Source: Microgenomates group bacterium Gr01-1014_5 (GTDB taxonomy: Bacteria; Patescibacteriota; Microgenomatia; UBA8517; UBA10165). From it: a stretch of 64,000 nt of DNA. The translations under genes were made by a program, and so were the position numbers. Positions 47,862-57,600 of the stretch are shown here, in pieces. Each line of letters begins with the position of its first letter. Position 1 is the stretch's first letter. The notes beneath the pieces are model-generated. The model did not search any database. It had not been told where the DNA came from and was given only the letters and a program-made list of their open reading frames with translations. The stretch spans positions 6,431 to 70,430 of the forward strand of contig VMGE01000004.1 of NCBI GenBank assembly GCA_007376395.1. The letters run 5' to 3'.

Positions 47862-48866
47862 ATGTCATTAAAAGTAGGAATAGTCGGTTTGCCAAATGTA
47901 GGGAAAAGCACATTGTTTAACGCTCTTCTAAAAAGGCAACAGGCATATGTTGCGAATTTTCCGTTTGCTACCATTGAGCCGAATGTAGGCATTGTTCCGG
48001 TTCCAGACAGTCGGCTCGACAAGCTCGCCGAGGTGATTAGTGATTCTTGGATAGTGAATGGTGAGAAGAAAAAACCACCCATTGTCCCCGCAACTGTAGA
48101 ATTTGTAGATATCGCAGGGTTAATTGCCGGAGCTTCCAAGGGCGAAGGGCTGGGGAATAAGTTCTTATCCCATATCCGCGAAGTTGACGCAATTTGCCAT
48201 GTTATCCGGCATTTCAAAGATAAAAATATTATTCAAACAGGAACTAATCCCAAAGAGGACTTTGAGATTGTCAAAACCGAATTAGATTTGGCAGACTATG
48301 AAATGGAAGAACAGCACAAAGAAAGAAATAAAGGAAAGGTTGACGAAAACCTACCCCTCTTTAAGAAGAAACCGATTTTAGTTGTGCTTAACGTTGACGA
48401 AGAGGATTTAATAAACGCAAAGAATATCGAGGCTGGGTTTGCGACTTCTGTGGGGCTTAATAAAGAGCAGGTGATTGCAATTTGTGCTAAAACTGAAGCG
48501 GAATTGGCGGATCTTTCAGAAGACGAACAAAAGGAATATTTAAGTGACTTGCGAATTGACAAACCGGGTTTGGAAAGGCTGGCGCAAAGCGCTTTTACCA
48601 CCCTTGGTTTAATTACGTTTTTAACCGCAGGAGAAAAGGAAGTGCGGGCTTGGACCATTCGGCGAGGTGCGACGGCTCTAGAGGCTTCCGGGGAAATCCA
48701 CACCGACTTTATGGCTAAGTTTATTAAAGCGGAAGTTGTGAAGTATGAGGATTTTGTAAATTCAGGAGGATGGAAGAAATCCCGCGATGTCGGTAAAGCC
48801 AGACTTGAAGGCAGAGATTATATCGTCCAAGACGGTGATGTGGTTGAATTTAAGATTGGCGCTTAG
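47862..48866 (+). CDS. ychF: Ribosome-binding ATPase YchF
   Basis: Full G motifs and TGS domain (YIVQDGDVVEF). Confidence 0.96.
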   Translation: MSLKVGIVGLPNVGKSTLFNALLKRQQAYVANFPFATIEPNVGIVPVPDSRLDKLAEVISDSWIVNGEKKKPPIVPATVEFVDIAGLIAGASKGEGLGNKFLSHIREVDAICHVIRHFKDKNIIQTGTNPKEDFEIVKTELDLADYEMEEQHKERNKGKVDENLPLFKKKPILVVLNVDEEDLINAKNIEAGFATSVGLNKEQVIAICAKTEAELADLSEDEQKEYLSDLRIDKPGLERLAQSAFTTLGLITFLTAGEKEVRAWTIRRGATALEASGEIHTDFMAKFIKAEVVKYEDFVNSGGWKKSRDVGKARLEGRDYIVQDGDVVEFKIGA

Positions 48867-48881
48867 TATAGTTAACTTGTT

Positions 48882-51116
48882 ATGCCAGAACCATCTGCCG
48901 ATACTCCGCAATTATCATTAAGAGACAGGCTCGAGAGAATTTTCCATAAACCAATGACGCGGAGAGAGGTTGTTGCCGCCGGAGCCGGGGCGGGTTTAAG
49001 TTTAATCGCAACAGGAGTTATTGGAGTCCCCAAATTTCTACAAATGGAGGCAAGCCTAGAAACTTCCCGGAAGGAAACAAACGAAGCAAGGGCAGGATTG
49101 GAAGAGGCTAAGGATCGGGTTGAAAAAGCTCAAGATCGGGCTCAACAAGCTCAGGAAGAAACAGCAGTTCTGCAAAAAGACTTGGAAAAAGTCAATCTTT
49201 CTGAGGAGAGAGCCAGGATTGTAGCTGATCAGGCCAAAATTGAGAAAATTGAGTCAGAAAAAGAGCGGGGTCTTGCATTAGAAGAAATGTCGAGATTATT
49301 CGTTAAAGATTATGATCAAAATGTAAAAGCATCAAATACATTGGTTGATACATATGTTTATGCTCAAGAGGTAAGAAAGTCGGGTGGTAATGCCAGTTCT
49401 TCAGGATTGGAATTGCGAATAGCCTTTGAAAGGGCATGGTTAATTCTTGAAAGAGGGGTTGCCTTGACTTCAGCTTGGCAAAGGCTAAAAGGGGAGAAGA
49501 ATCCTGTGGGTTTTGATAAAGACGGCAGATTGATAATTGAAGGAAAAAAACTGCAGGTTAACGAAGATGTGTGTGATTATCACCTAGCACTAAACCTTTT
49601 AAGGGCAAAAATAGATTTAGCAAGTAACAACGACTCTGACAAGCGGGCTTTGGCAGATGAAGATATTCAAAATCTCTTGCGTTTTATTGACATTCGTCCG
49701 AAAGTTGATATTGAAAAAACAGCATGGGCAGTTATGCCGCCTGACTGGGCAGGGGCTCTTGCGCGTTTTACGATCTTTTTAGACGAACGGAGAATTCCAC
49801 CACCCCAACTATATAGAATTTATCGCGATGTCCTCCTGGACGGGAGCCGATCCGGTGGGGGATTTTACGTCGGCGGTAAAGAGAAGTTCCCGCAGGCATC
49901 TCAGTTTTTACAATTGGGATCCCGTATGGATGCAACTGTTGTTTTCCACGAAGGGGGGCATTATATTGCTGACGCCTCTTCAATAAAAGAGAGATTAATT
50001 GGGGCCGGACGATTACAGGGGCATGCTGATTATCAGCGAGACTTTGATAGTCTGACAGCTAGAATGCAGAAAACTCTATTGTCTGCGGCTCGGAAGTCGG
50101 GAAAAAATTTAGGGGTATGGATGTCCAAAAGCTTTGTGAGCGCGTATGCCAGTTCCAATACAGCAGAAGATTTTGCGGAAACGTTTCGTGAGTTTTTAGG
50201 TTATGGCCCAGCTTTTAGAGAGAAGATAGAAAACCTGCGTAAAGAAGACCCTATTGCCGCATCTCTGCTTGAGGTTAAGTATGAATTTATGCGTGTTAAT
50301 GTGGCTCAGGGTGTTGAATATGGCATGAATGGTAGAAAAGCGGGTGCGCCTTTACTTTTTGAAGATAAAGAAAAGATAAAGGGTCGTAATAGTAAGTTAA
50401 ACTCACTTGCCTCATTACTTGAAGAAACGGGCAAGAGGTTTACAGAATATCTCTCCAGAGAGTCTGCTTTTAAAAATGCACAAGGTAAACTTGTGATACC
50501 GGAGTCTGATTTTGACCTTGATACCGCTCTGCTTGAGCCTAGAATTTGGAACGATATTATTGATTCGTTCAGAGGAGAAGTGATAGATGTATCTTCGGTT
50601 GTTCCTGTTCCTCATTATGAATTTCAAGGGGTAGCAGATATTGCCGTTAAATTAAAAAATGATAAAACAGTACGTTTAATTTTGGACACAAGAATCTCGG
50701 AAAGCGCCCAAAGTCTTATAAAATTAATTCCTGAATTTACAGACAAAGAGATCATTAAAACAAGAATGGTAAACAATGACCGCGGCCGTTTTTCTCAGGA
50801 GAGTTTGGATTATTTTAAGGCGCAAGGAGTTAAAAGCCCTCATGTTGCCTTTTCCGGAATATGGGAATCTTCTTATCCTCCAAGCCATGTCGACCGAGAA
50901 GGTGTGTTGTTTGTAAGATTTCAATATGAAAACGGGGAGTGGAAGCAAAAGCCGCTGGATGTACGCAGGACGAACCTTTTTATTAAGTCTGTGGCAGATG
51001 GGAAAGAAGAGGTTAGATCTTCCGGATATCACACTATAACTTTAGGAGAGAAAGATATCCTTTTTGGGTTTAATATAGACGGAAATCTTCGTGAGGTAAG
51101 AACCCACAATATTTAA
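48882..51116 (+). CDS. Membrane-anchored zincin-like peptidase domain protein
   Basis: TRREVV+TM, coiled coil, HEGGH, YA..N..EDFAE. Confidence 0.65.
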   Translation: MPEPSADTPQLSLRDRLERIFHKPMTRREVVAAGAGAGLSLIATGVIGVPKFLQMEASLETSRKETNEARAGLEEAKDRVEKAQDRAQQAQEETAVLQKDLEKVNLSEERARIVADQAKIEKIESEKERGLALEEMSRLFVKDYDQNVKASNTLVDTYVYAQEVRKSGGNASSSGLELRIAFERAWLILERGVALTSAWQRLKGEKNPVGFDKDGRLIIEGKKLQVNEDVCDYHLALNLLRAKIDLASNNDSDKRALADEDIQNLLRFIDIRPKVDIEKTAWAVMPPDWAGALARFTIFLDERRIPPPQLYRIYRDVLLDGSRSGGGFYVGGKEKFPQASQFLQLGSRMDATVVFHEGGHYIADASSIKERLIGAGRLQGHADYQRDFDSLTARMQKTLLSAARKSGKNLGVWMSKSFVSAYASSNTAEDFAETFREFLGYGPAFREKIENLRKEDPIAASLLEVKYEFMRVNVAQGVEYGMNGRKAGAPLLFEDKEKIKGRNSKLNSLASLLEETGKRFTEYLSRESAFKNAQGKLVIPESDFDLDTALLEPRIWNDIIDSFRGEVIDVSSVVPVPHYEFQGVADIAVKLKNDKTVRLILDTRISESAQSLIKLIPEFTDKEIIKTRMVNNDRGRFSQESLDYFKAQGVKSPHVAFSGIWESSYPPSHVDREGVLFVRFQYENGEWKQKPLDVRRTNLFIKSVADGKEEVRSSGYHTITLGEKDILFGFNIDGNLREVRTHNI

Positions 51117-51134
51117 AGAGAGTAATACAGCTTG

Positions 51135-52109
51135 CTAACCAGCCTGGTAGTAAACACCTCTCGTCGTGCCTAGTTTTCGAATTAGCCGCTGGTCGGCTAA
51201 CTTTTTTAAGTCATAGCGTAAGGTTCTATCATTTACTTTGCTAAATCTTCTTTTAATTTGGTCAAAATTTACTAGCTTTTGCTCTTTTACGATGTTTAAA
51301 ATCTCTGCACGCCTAGGGAGTAAATAGTCTTCAGGGGTTAAATCTTTCTTTTTTAAGACTTGATCTTTTGCTTTATTTGCGCTCTCGGCTATTGCTTCAA
51401 GCATAAATTCGACATAATCTGTAACATCCTTTTGGCCTTCAGAGAGCATCGTATAGTATGTGCTTCTGTATTTATCGAGGTATTCCTCTATAGCTAAAAG
51501 CCCTTTCATTCCATAACCGCTCTTTTGTAAAGATAATTGGATTAATAATCTTCCGACCCTGCCATTTCCATCTAAAAAGGGGTGGATTTTTTCAAAAGAG
51601 TAATGGGCAAGTACAGCTCTAATTGGTACAAATTGTTCCTTTGGGCTGTTGGCAAACTTTATAAGCTTTTTTAGTAATCCTGGGATTTGTCTAGGAGGTG
51701 GCGGTATGTACACTGCAATACCGGCGGAGTTAAAAATAGCACTTACCTCGGTTCTGAATTTTCCGGGTGTATCGGTAAGTTTCAACATTGTGATTTTATG
51801 CATATCTAGAACGATACTTTGGGTAATATCGCGGAGCCCTTGTTTCTGAACCTTATTTAAGGCTTTTAAGATGTTAAACACTTCTTGCCTTTTTTGATCA
51901 GTTGAAGTTTTTCCTAACTCTTCAATTGTGAGCGGATTCCCCTCAATTCTTGCTGAAAAAAGGGAACTTTTTAACGTAGATTGGCGCCGGATATTGGTCT
52001 CTACTTCTGGTGGAATATTGATGGAGTCAATAACTTGTTTTGCAGCTTCAATTTGGCTTAATAACTCTGAAATTTTTGGGGTATGGATATACTTTGGAGG
52101 AATTAGCAT
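51135..52109 (-). CDS. Fic family protein with DeoR-like HTH
   Basis: SARIEGN, HPFLDGNGRVGR, RTLRYDLKKL. Confidence 0.92.
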   Translation of the reverse strand: MLIPPKYIHTPKISELLSQIEAAKQVIDSINIPPEVETNIRRQSTLKSSLFSARIEGNPLTIEELGKTSTDQKRQEVFNILKALNKVQKQGLRDITQSIVLDMHKITMLKLTDTPGKFRTEVSAIFNSAGIAVYIPPPPRQIPGLLKKLIKFANSPKEQFVPIRAVLAHYSFEKIHPFLDGNGRVGRLLIQLSLQKSGYGMKGLLAIEEYLDKYRSTYYTMLSEGQKDVTDYVEFMLEAIAESANKAKDQVLKKKDLTPEDYLLPRRAEILNIVKEQKLVNFDQIKRRFSKVNDRTLRYDLKKLADQRLIRKLGTTRGVYYQAG

Positions 52110-52110
52110 G

Positions 52111-52158
52111 ATTTACCAGATATTACCAAATATATCCTAATATTACCAGATGTTACCC
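52111..52158. repeat. 10-nt period direct repeats upstream of fic (probable operator)
   Basis: tttaccagat attaccaaat atatcctaat attaccagat gttaccc. Confidence 0.6.
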
Positions 52159-52209
52159 AAAATTCCGATTCTTGCTAGCCAGCCTCGGAATTGGTATACT
52201 TCCATTTAG

Positions 52210-52629
52210 ATGAATACTTACGAATTAACAATTGTTTTGGCGGGTTCCATGACAGAGCCGAAGCAAAAGGCAGTTTTGGATAAAATTAAGAAAGCCGTTG
52301 CCGATTCTGGAGGTAAAGTCGACAAAGAAGATAGTTGGGGCAAAAAGCAATTTGCTTATCCTATAAAACACGAAAAAGAAGGCTATTATTTTTTCTTCGA
52401 GCTTACACTTCCTCCTGACCATGCCAACGGGATCAAGCGTTTAATTGAAAACGATGAACAAGTGGCGCGCCACCTCTTGATAGTAAAACGTGACAAGGTA
52501 CAAGTAACAAGTTCCAAGAAGGTAGAAACTCCGAATAGTGCAAGCACAGTAGCGCCAGAAACAGAAAAACAGAGTGTTGATAAAGAGAAAAAAGTGGTAA
52601 AATCTAAAAGGAAAGCAAGGAAAAAATAA
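52210..52629 (+). CDS. rpsF: 30S ribosomal protein S6
   Basis: MNTYEL, WGKKQFAYPI, EGYY. Confidence 0.96.
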   Translation: MNTYELTIVLAGSMTEPKQKAVLDKIKKAVADSGGKVDKEDSWGKKQFAYPIKHEKEGYYFFFELTLPPDHANGIKRLIENDEQVARHLLIVKRDKVQVTSSKKVETPNSASTVAPETEKQSVDKEKKVVKSKRKARKK

Positions 52630-53132
52630 TGGCGTCACGTTCTTTAAACAAAGTAATACTCATTGGTAATTTAACCCGGGATCCGGAATTGCGCTACACT
52701 CCTCAAGGAACCGCTGTTTGTACTTTCGGCCTTGCTACAAACCGTTCTTGGAAAACTGAAGATGGAACACAAAGGGAACAAACCGAATTCCACACAATTG
52801 TTACCTGGACCAGGCTTGCAGAAATTGTAGCTGAGTATTTAACCAAAGGTAAGCAGGCATACGTTGAAGGTCGTCTTTCAACCCGCGAGTGGGAAGGTCA
52901 AGATGGACAAAAAAGGCGCACGACAGAAATTATAGCCACAGAAGTTATTTTCTTAGGGTCACCGGGCGCGCGACCTGAGTCAATAGACGTTCCAGAGGAC
53001 TTGGGGATTAACGAGCAAAAGCCAGAAACAGAAACAGAGCCAGATACAGAGAAAGGGACAAAAGAAAAACCCGCAACTAAAACCAAAACTGAAGAAACAC
53101 CAGTTGTTGAAGGGGAAGATATTCCTTTCTAG
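52629..53132 (+). CDS. ssb: Single-stranded DNA-binding protein
   Basis: LNKVILIGNLTRDPELRYT, EDIPF tail. Confidence 0.98.
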   Translation: MASRSLNKVILIGNLTRDPELRYTPQGTAVCTFGLATNRSWKTEDGTQREQTEFHTIVTWTRLAEIVAEYLTKGKQAYVEGRLSTREWEGQDGQKRRTTEIIATEVIFLGSPGARPESIDVPEDLGINEQKPETETEPDTEKGTKEKPATKTKTEETPVVEGEDIPF

Positions 53133-53200
53133 AGGCTAGAGAGCTGGAGGCTAGAGGTTAGATTCTAGCCTCTAATCTCTAATTATCTAGTAATCTAATT
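53129..53200. repeat. Gene-less inverted heptamer array, cassette-1 type
   Basis: ctagagg ctagaga g ctggagg ctagagg ttagatt ctagcct ctaatct ctaatta tctagta atctaat. Confidence 0.85.
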
Positions 53201-53203
53201 TTT

Positions 53204-53467
53204 ATGGCCAAGAAAAAAGACAAAGATAAAAACCGACCGCAAAGAGAAAAGCGCAAACCAGTGAACGAGGTTTGTCCTTTTTGTGAATCGCACAGGGCTC
53301 CTGATTACAAGGATGCGGTAAACTTAGACAGGTTTGTCAGTGAGCGCAGGAAAATTTGGAGCAGGGCGCGAAGCGGAGTTTGCGCCAAACATCAAAGGGC
53401 ACTTTCCCGGGAAATTAAACGGGCACGCCATTTAGCCCTACTTCCCTTCTCGCAAACTCCGTATTAA
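53204..53467 (+). CDS. rpsR: 30S ribosomal protein S18
   Basis: CPFC, DYKD, SGVCAKHQR, IKRARHLALLPF. Confidence 0.97.
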   Translation: MAKKKDKDKNRPQREKRKPVNEVCPFCESHRAPDYKDAVNLDRFVSERRKIWSRARSGVCAKHQRALSREIKRARHLALLPFSQTPY

Positions 53468-53533
53468 TGCGTTAAAATAACTCTTGCTGATGTTCTTGTT
53501 ACTTTTTACTTATTACTCATAACTCTACTCTTT

Positions 53534-54751
53534 ATGAAGCTGACACTTCCCAAAATCCGGCTCTACACAATAATTCTCATTTTAATCGTTGTCTCTTTCG
53601 GCGGCGGTGTTTGGCTTGGGAAAAGGGATGTTTCTCTCCAAGCCGAAGGGCTAAAGTCTAAAATTACGATTAGCCGCAATATTCCCGAGCGGCACGCAGA
53701 TGTAGATTTCAATCTTTTCTGGGAAGTTTGGGATCGGCTTGAAGGTTCATACTTTGACAAGTCAAAAGTCGACAAAGCTAAAATGGTTTATGGCGCAATT
53801 TCAGGCATGGTTTCAGCAGTAGGTGATCCCTACACTGTTTTCCTTCCCCCTGAAGAACAAAAGAGAACGAAAGAGGACTTGGGAGGGGAGTTTGAAGGCG
53901 TCGGAATTCAGATAGGTTTCAAAGGCACCCAGCTTGCAGTCATTGCGCCTCTTGAGGGTACTCCAGCTTTTAAGGCGGATGTTAAGGCGGGAGATTATAT
54001 TGTTGGAATAAAGGATAAAAATAAAAATCTGGAACTAGGGACAGTTGGAGTTTCCTTGCCCGACGCTGTTAACGCGATCCGCGGGCCTGCAGGAACGGCT
54101 GTGGCCTTAATTTTAACCCGTGAAGGGGTAGACAAGCCGTTTGAGGTAGAAATTGTCCGCGAAAAAATTGACGTACCTTCAGTAATTCTGACAAAAGAAG
54201 GAGAGATAAGTCACCTAAAATTACTCAAATTTGGTGATCAAACTGATGGTGAATGGGATAAGGCAATAGCTAACATTAAAAAGCAAAATCCCAAAGGCTT
54301 GATTCTTGACCTGCGGAATAATCCCGGGGGATATCTCAACGGAGCGGTTACTGTGGCTGGAGAATTTATCACGCGGGGCAACGCTGTTTTACGCGAAGAC
54401 AGTAAAGGAACCCGAACCGGTATCGCGGTTAACGGTAAAGGTCAATTAATAAATACTCCATTGGTAGTGTTGGTGAATAAAGGAAGTGCTTCAGCGTCAG
54501 AAATTGTCGCGGGTGCTCTTAAAGATTACGGAAGAGCAAAGATTGTTGGTACTAAGACGTTTGGAAAGGGAACAATACAAGAATCTATTGATTTAGGGGA
54601 AGCTGGCATACACATCACTACCGAGCGCTGGCTGACACCAAACGGAACATGGGTAAATACAGTTGGACTCACGCCTGACGTGGAAGTTGAAGATGATGTC
54701 AAAACAGAGGAAGATGAACAAGTCGAAGCCGCGTTGCAGCTTCTTAAATGA
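53534..54751 (+). CDS. ctpA: Carboxyl-terminal processing protease S41
   Basis: GDPYT, DLRNNPGG, SASASEI, TFGKG. Confidence 0.93.
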   Translation: MKLTLPKIRLYTIILILIVVSFGGGVWLGKRDVSLQAEGLKSKITISRNIPERHADVDFNLFWEVWDRLEGSYFDKSKVDKAKMVYGAISGMVSAVGDPYTVFLPPEEQKRTKEDLGGEFEGVGIQIGFKGTQLAVIAPLEGTPAFKADVKAGDYIVGIKDKNKNLELGTVGVSLPDAVNAIRGPAGTAVALILTREGVDKPFEVEIVREKIDVPSVILTKEGEISHLKLLKFGDQTDGEWDKAIANIKKQNPKGLILDLRNNPGGYLNGAVTVAGEFITRGNAVLREDSKGTRTGIAVNGKGQLINTPLVVLVNKGSASASEIVAGALKDYGRAKIVGTKTFGKGTIQESIDLGEAGIHITTERWLTPNGTWVNTVGLTPDVEVEDDVKTEEDEQVEAALQLLK

Positions 54752-54757
54752 CAAATT

Positions 54758-54814
54758 ATTCTAATTTCTAATTGCTCTAAAAGTTTAGAAATTAGGTCAA
54801 TTAGGTTAATTAAA
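54758..54814. repeat. Inverted 7/9-mer array
   Basis: ttctaat ttctaat tgctctaa ... ttagaaa ttaggtcaa ttaggttaa. Confidence 0.7.
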
Positions 54815-54821
54815 AATCATT

Positions 54822-55970
54822 ATGCTTATAAAAAAATACCTGCTTCAAACGGCCATAATATTTGTAATCCTGGTTGCAGCTTTGGGAGGAGCTGTCTCTG
54901 ATCGTCTTTTTGGTCTTCGCCCTTTAGATTATATTTTCCCCAGGTCTGCCACCTCTGATACAGGATTTCAAGCCATAACCGAGCGTCAGGTGATCAAAGA
55001 GGAATCTCTCGTTATAGAAGCGATCAAGAAAGCTTCACCTGCCGTGGTAACAATTTCAGTCCAGACTCCGAAGAGGAAGGTTTTACAATTCAATCCGTTT
55101 GGCGGTTTGGACGTACGCGAGCAAGGAGGCGGACAGCAGGACTTGGCAACGGGATTTATCGTCTCTGCTGACGGACTTTTGGTTACCAATAAACACGTAG
55201 TGTCCAACTCAGAATATAAATATATTGTTATTGATAAAGACGGAAAGGAATACGAAGTCAAGAATATTTACCGCGACCCGGCCAACGACCTGGCACTTTT
55301 GAAGATTGAGGCTACGGGTTTACCTATAGTTGAACTTGGCGATTCTGAAAATTTGCAGGTAGGGCAGACTGTCGTGGCTATCGGTACGCCTTTGGGCGAA
55401 TTCCGCCAATCTGCGACATCCGGCATTATCTCGGGTTTGGGGAGGGGAATTGATACAGGTAATCCGTTTGAAGGATATGTAGAGCGGCTGGATAACATTA
55501 TCCAAACTGATGCCGCTATTAACCCCGGCAACTCGGGTGGGCCGCTTTTGGATAGCGGCGCGCGCGTAATCGGGATTAATGTTGCAGTAGCCGCGGGGGC
55601 GCAAAACATTGGGTTTGCAATTCCGATTAATGTTGTCAAAACTTCAATCGAACAATTCCGTCAAACTGGTGAATTTGCCAGGCCATTCTTAGGAGTACAG
55701 TACCAAATCATTTCAAAGGAGGCGGCTCTGGCAAATGATTTGCCGCAAGGAGCTTACGTGCGGGGTGTGGTTGACGGTTCGCCGGCAGCGCTTGCTGGAA
55801 TTAAAACAGAGGATGTAATTACAAAATTCGGTGGGGAAAAGATTGATGCTGAAAAAGGAGGACTTGCACAATTAGTAAATAAACACAAAGCAGGAGATGT
55901 TGTCCAGGTAGAACTATGGCGTAATGGCAAAACTCAAACTCTCCAAATCATCCTCCAAGAAGCAAAATAG
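54822..55970 (+). CDS. htrA: HtrA/DegP-like serine protease with PDZ
   Basis: TNKHVV, DLALLKI, QTDAAINPGNSGGPL. Confidence 0.93.
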   Translation: MLIKKYLLQTAIIFVILVAALGGAVSDRLFGLRPLDYIFPRSATSDTGFQAITERQVIKEESLVIEAIKKASPAVVTISVQTPKRKVLQFNPFGGLDVREQGGGQQDLATGFIVSADGLLVTNKHVVSNSEYKYIVIDKDGKEYEVKNIYRDPANDLALLKIEATGLPIVELGDSENLQVGQTVVAIGTPLGEFRQSATSGIISGLGRGIDTGNPFEGYVERLDNIIQTDAAINPGNSGGPLLDSGARVIGINVAVAAGAQNIGFAIPINVVKTSIEQFRQTGEFARPFLGVQYQIISKEAALANDLPQGAYVRGVVDGSPAALAGIKTEDVITKFGGEKIDAEKGGLAQLVNKHKAGDVVQVELWRNGKTQTLQIILQEAK

Positions 55971-55984
55971 GCTATAATCCTCAC

Positions 55985-56518
55985 ATGACTACACCAGAAA
56001 GAGAATCTGTAAGGTTTAAGTCCAGACAGATTACAGCCTTGAACGACCTTGTTAATGAAGTTGCTGAAAATAATGCAGGTTTATCTTCGAATGATATTGA
56101 AAGAGCGTTTGTTTACAAACTGCAACGCGCTCTTGGCGTAGAAAGACTAGAGAGTTTGCCGTTACATGACGAGAAGATCATAACAGTTGGCGGCATAACT
56201 CTTTATCCCGAAAGAGGTATTGTGATCTTGCCAGACGGAACGAGAAAAGACTTCTCTAGACAAGAGGTTAGATTTTTATGGCCTTTAATTTCTAATCCCG
56301 GAAGGGTTATTCCGTACAATTTAATTGCAAAGTCTATGTTTGGAAGAACTCGTTCGATTGGGGATTTTGCAATGGGTGATTTGAGGGTTTATGCGCAATA
56401 TGTACGAAAAAAGATTGGGGATTGTCGTATTAGCAGTTCAGGATCAGGTGCCAAATTTCGCTATATCAATTCAGTTATGGGCCACGGTTATATTTTTACG
56501 CCAGAGAGCGAATTATGA
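55985..56518 (+). CDS. OmpR/PhoB-type winged-helix protein without receiver
   Basis: LRVYAQYVRKKIGD...YINSVMGHGY. Confidence 0.7.
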   Translation: MTTPERESVRFKSRQITALNDLVNEVAENNAGLSSNDIERAFVYKLQRALGVERLESLPLHDEKIITVGGITLYPERGIVILPDGTRKDFSRQEVRFLWPLISNPGRVIPYNLIAKSMFGRTRSIGDFAMGDLRVYAQYVRKKIGDCRISSSGSGAKFRYINSVMGHGYIFTPESEL

Positions 56519-56522
56519 ATAG

Positions 56523-57221
56523 TTAAATTCCTTTTGTCGCTTCGACAATCTTATCCAAACTTCCGTCGACAACTGCTTCTAAATTGCCGAATGATTTTCC
56601 CAGTCTGTGGTCTGTTACCCTGTCTTGAGGAAAATTATAGGTACGGATTTTTTCCGCACGGTCTCCTGAGCCGATTGCTGATCTAAAATCCTTAACTTGA
56701 GCATTTCTTTCTTCCTCCCGGCGCTGATAAAGTTTTGCGCGCAAAAGTTCGAGGGCAATTTGGCGGTTTGCTTCCTGAAAACGTTCTGTTTGCGAGGTAA
56801 CAATTACTCCAGATGGCTTGTGGGTAAGCCTGACAGCGGTAGAGACCTTGTTAACGTTTTGTCCCCCTGAGCCGCCTGAGCGGTAAAACTGCCACTCTAA
56901 ATCTCCGGGGTTGATTTGTAATTGCGATTGAGAAATCTGCGGAACGACGGCTATGGTCGCGGTTGAGGTGTGGACGCGTCCTCTTTTTTCCGTTTGAGGG
57001 ATTCTTTGTACCCTGTGTACTCCGCCTTCGTGTTTTAGGGCTTCAAAACATCCCTGACCGCTGATCATCAAAGTTCCCTCATCAACTTGGGTTGTTTTCC
57101 AGTTTTTCTTAACCGCGAACCTGGCATACATGCGCAAAAGGTCAGAAGCCCAAATTTTAGCTTCGTCGCCGCCAGCCGCACCGCGGACTTCTAAGTATAA
57201 AGTTGAGTTTTGACTATCCAT
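56523..57221 (-). CDS. prfA: Peptide chain release factor 1, lacking N-terminal domain
   Basis: GGDEA, HRVQRIPQTE (PxT), GGQ, RTYNFPQDRVTDHR. Confidence 0.93.
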   Translation of the reverse strand: MDSQNSTLYLEVRGAAGGDEAKIWASDLLRMYARFAVKKNWKTTQVDEGTLMISGQGCFEALKHEGGVHRVQRIPQTEKRGRVHTSTATIAVVPQISQSQLQINPGDLEWQFYRSGGSGGQNVNKVSTAVRLTHKPSGVIVTSQTERFQEANRQIALELLRAKLYQRREEERNAQVKDFRSAIGSGDRAEKIRTYNFPQDRVTDHRLGKSFGNLEAVVDGSLDKIVEATKGI

Positions 57222-57291
57222 ATGGTGGGGTAGGTAATGGGTTGTGGGTAGTTGGGTGAGCCCAACAACTAACTACTTACTCCCCACTACC
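57222..57291. repeat. Inverted heptamer array overlapping rpmE stop
   Basis: Minus strand: ggtagtg gggagta agtagtt agttgtt ... caactac ccacaac ccattac ctacccc. Confidence 0.75.
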
Positions 57292-57599
57292 GTTTTACGT
57301 ACTTCTTCTAGCGAGGTTGGCCGTGACATTTCTTCCTCGACCTTTTCTTTTCGTTTTGCCGCCCTGCGCTCTTTTTTGGAAAGACCTTCTAATTTATATG
57401 CATTCTCTTGTTTTGCTTTAAATTTATCTACTCGTCCTGCTGTATCTACAAAACGCATTTGCCCTGTGTAGAAAGGGTGACAGGCAGAACAAACCTCGAC
57501 ATGAATATTTTCCATGGTCGAGCCTGTGATAAAGGTGTTGCCGCAGGTGCAAACGACTTTTGCCGCGGGAAACCACGCTGGATGAATTTGTGCTTTCAT
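57273..57599 (-). CDS. rpmE: 50S ribosomal protein L31
   Basis: [27 protein letters not shown]. Confidence 0.97.
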   Translation of the reverse strand: MKAQIHPAWFPAAKVVCTCGNTFITGSTMENIHVEVCSACHPFYTGQMRFVDTAGRVDKFKAKQENAYKLEGLSKKERRAAKRKEKVEEEMSRPTSLEEVRKTVVGSK

Positions 57600-57600
57600 A

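Noticed and set aside
44761-48170. ychF copies as a DGR template/variable pair
   Set aside because: Differences are mostly synonymous and involve all bases
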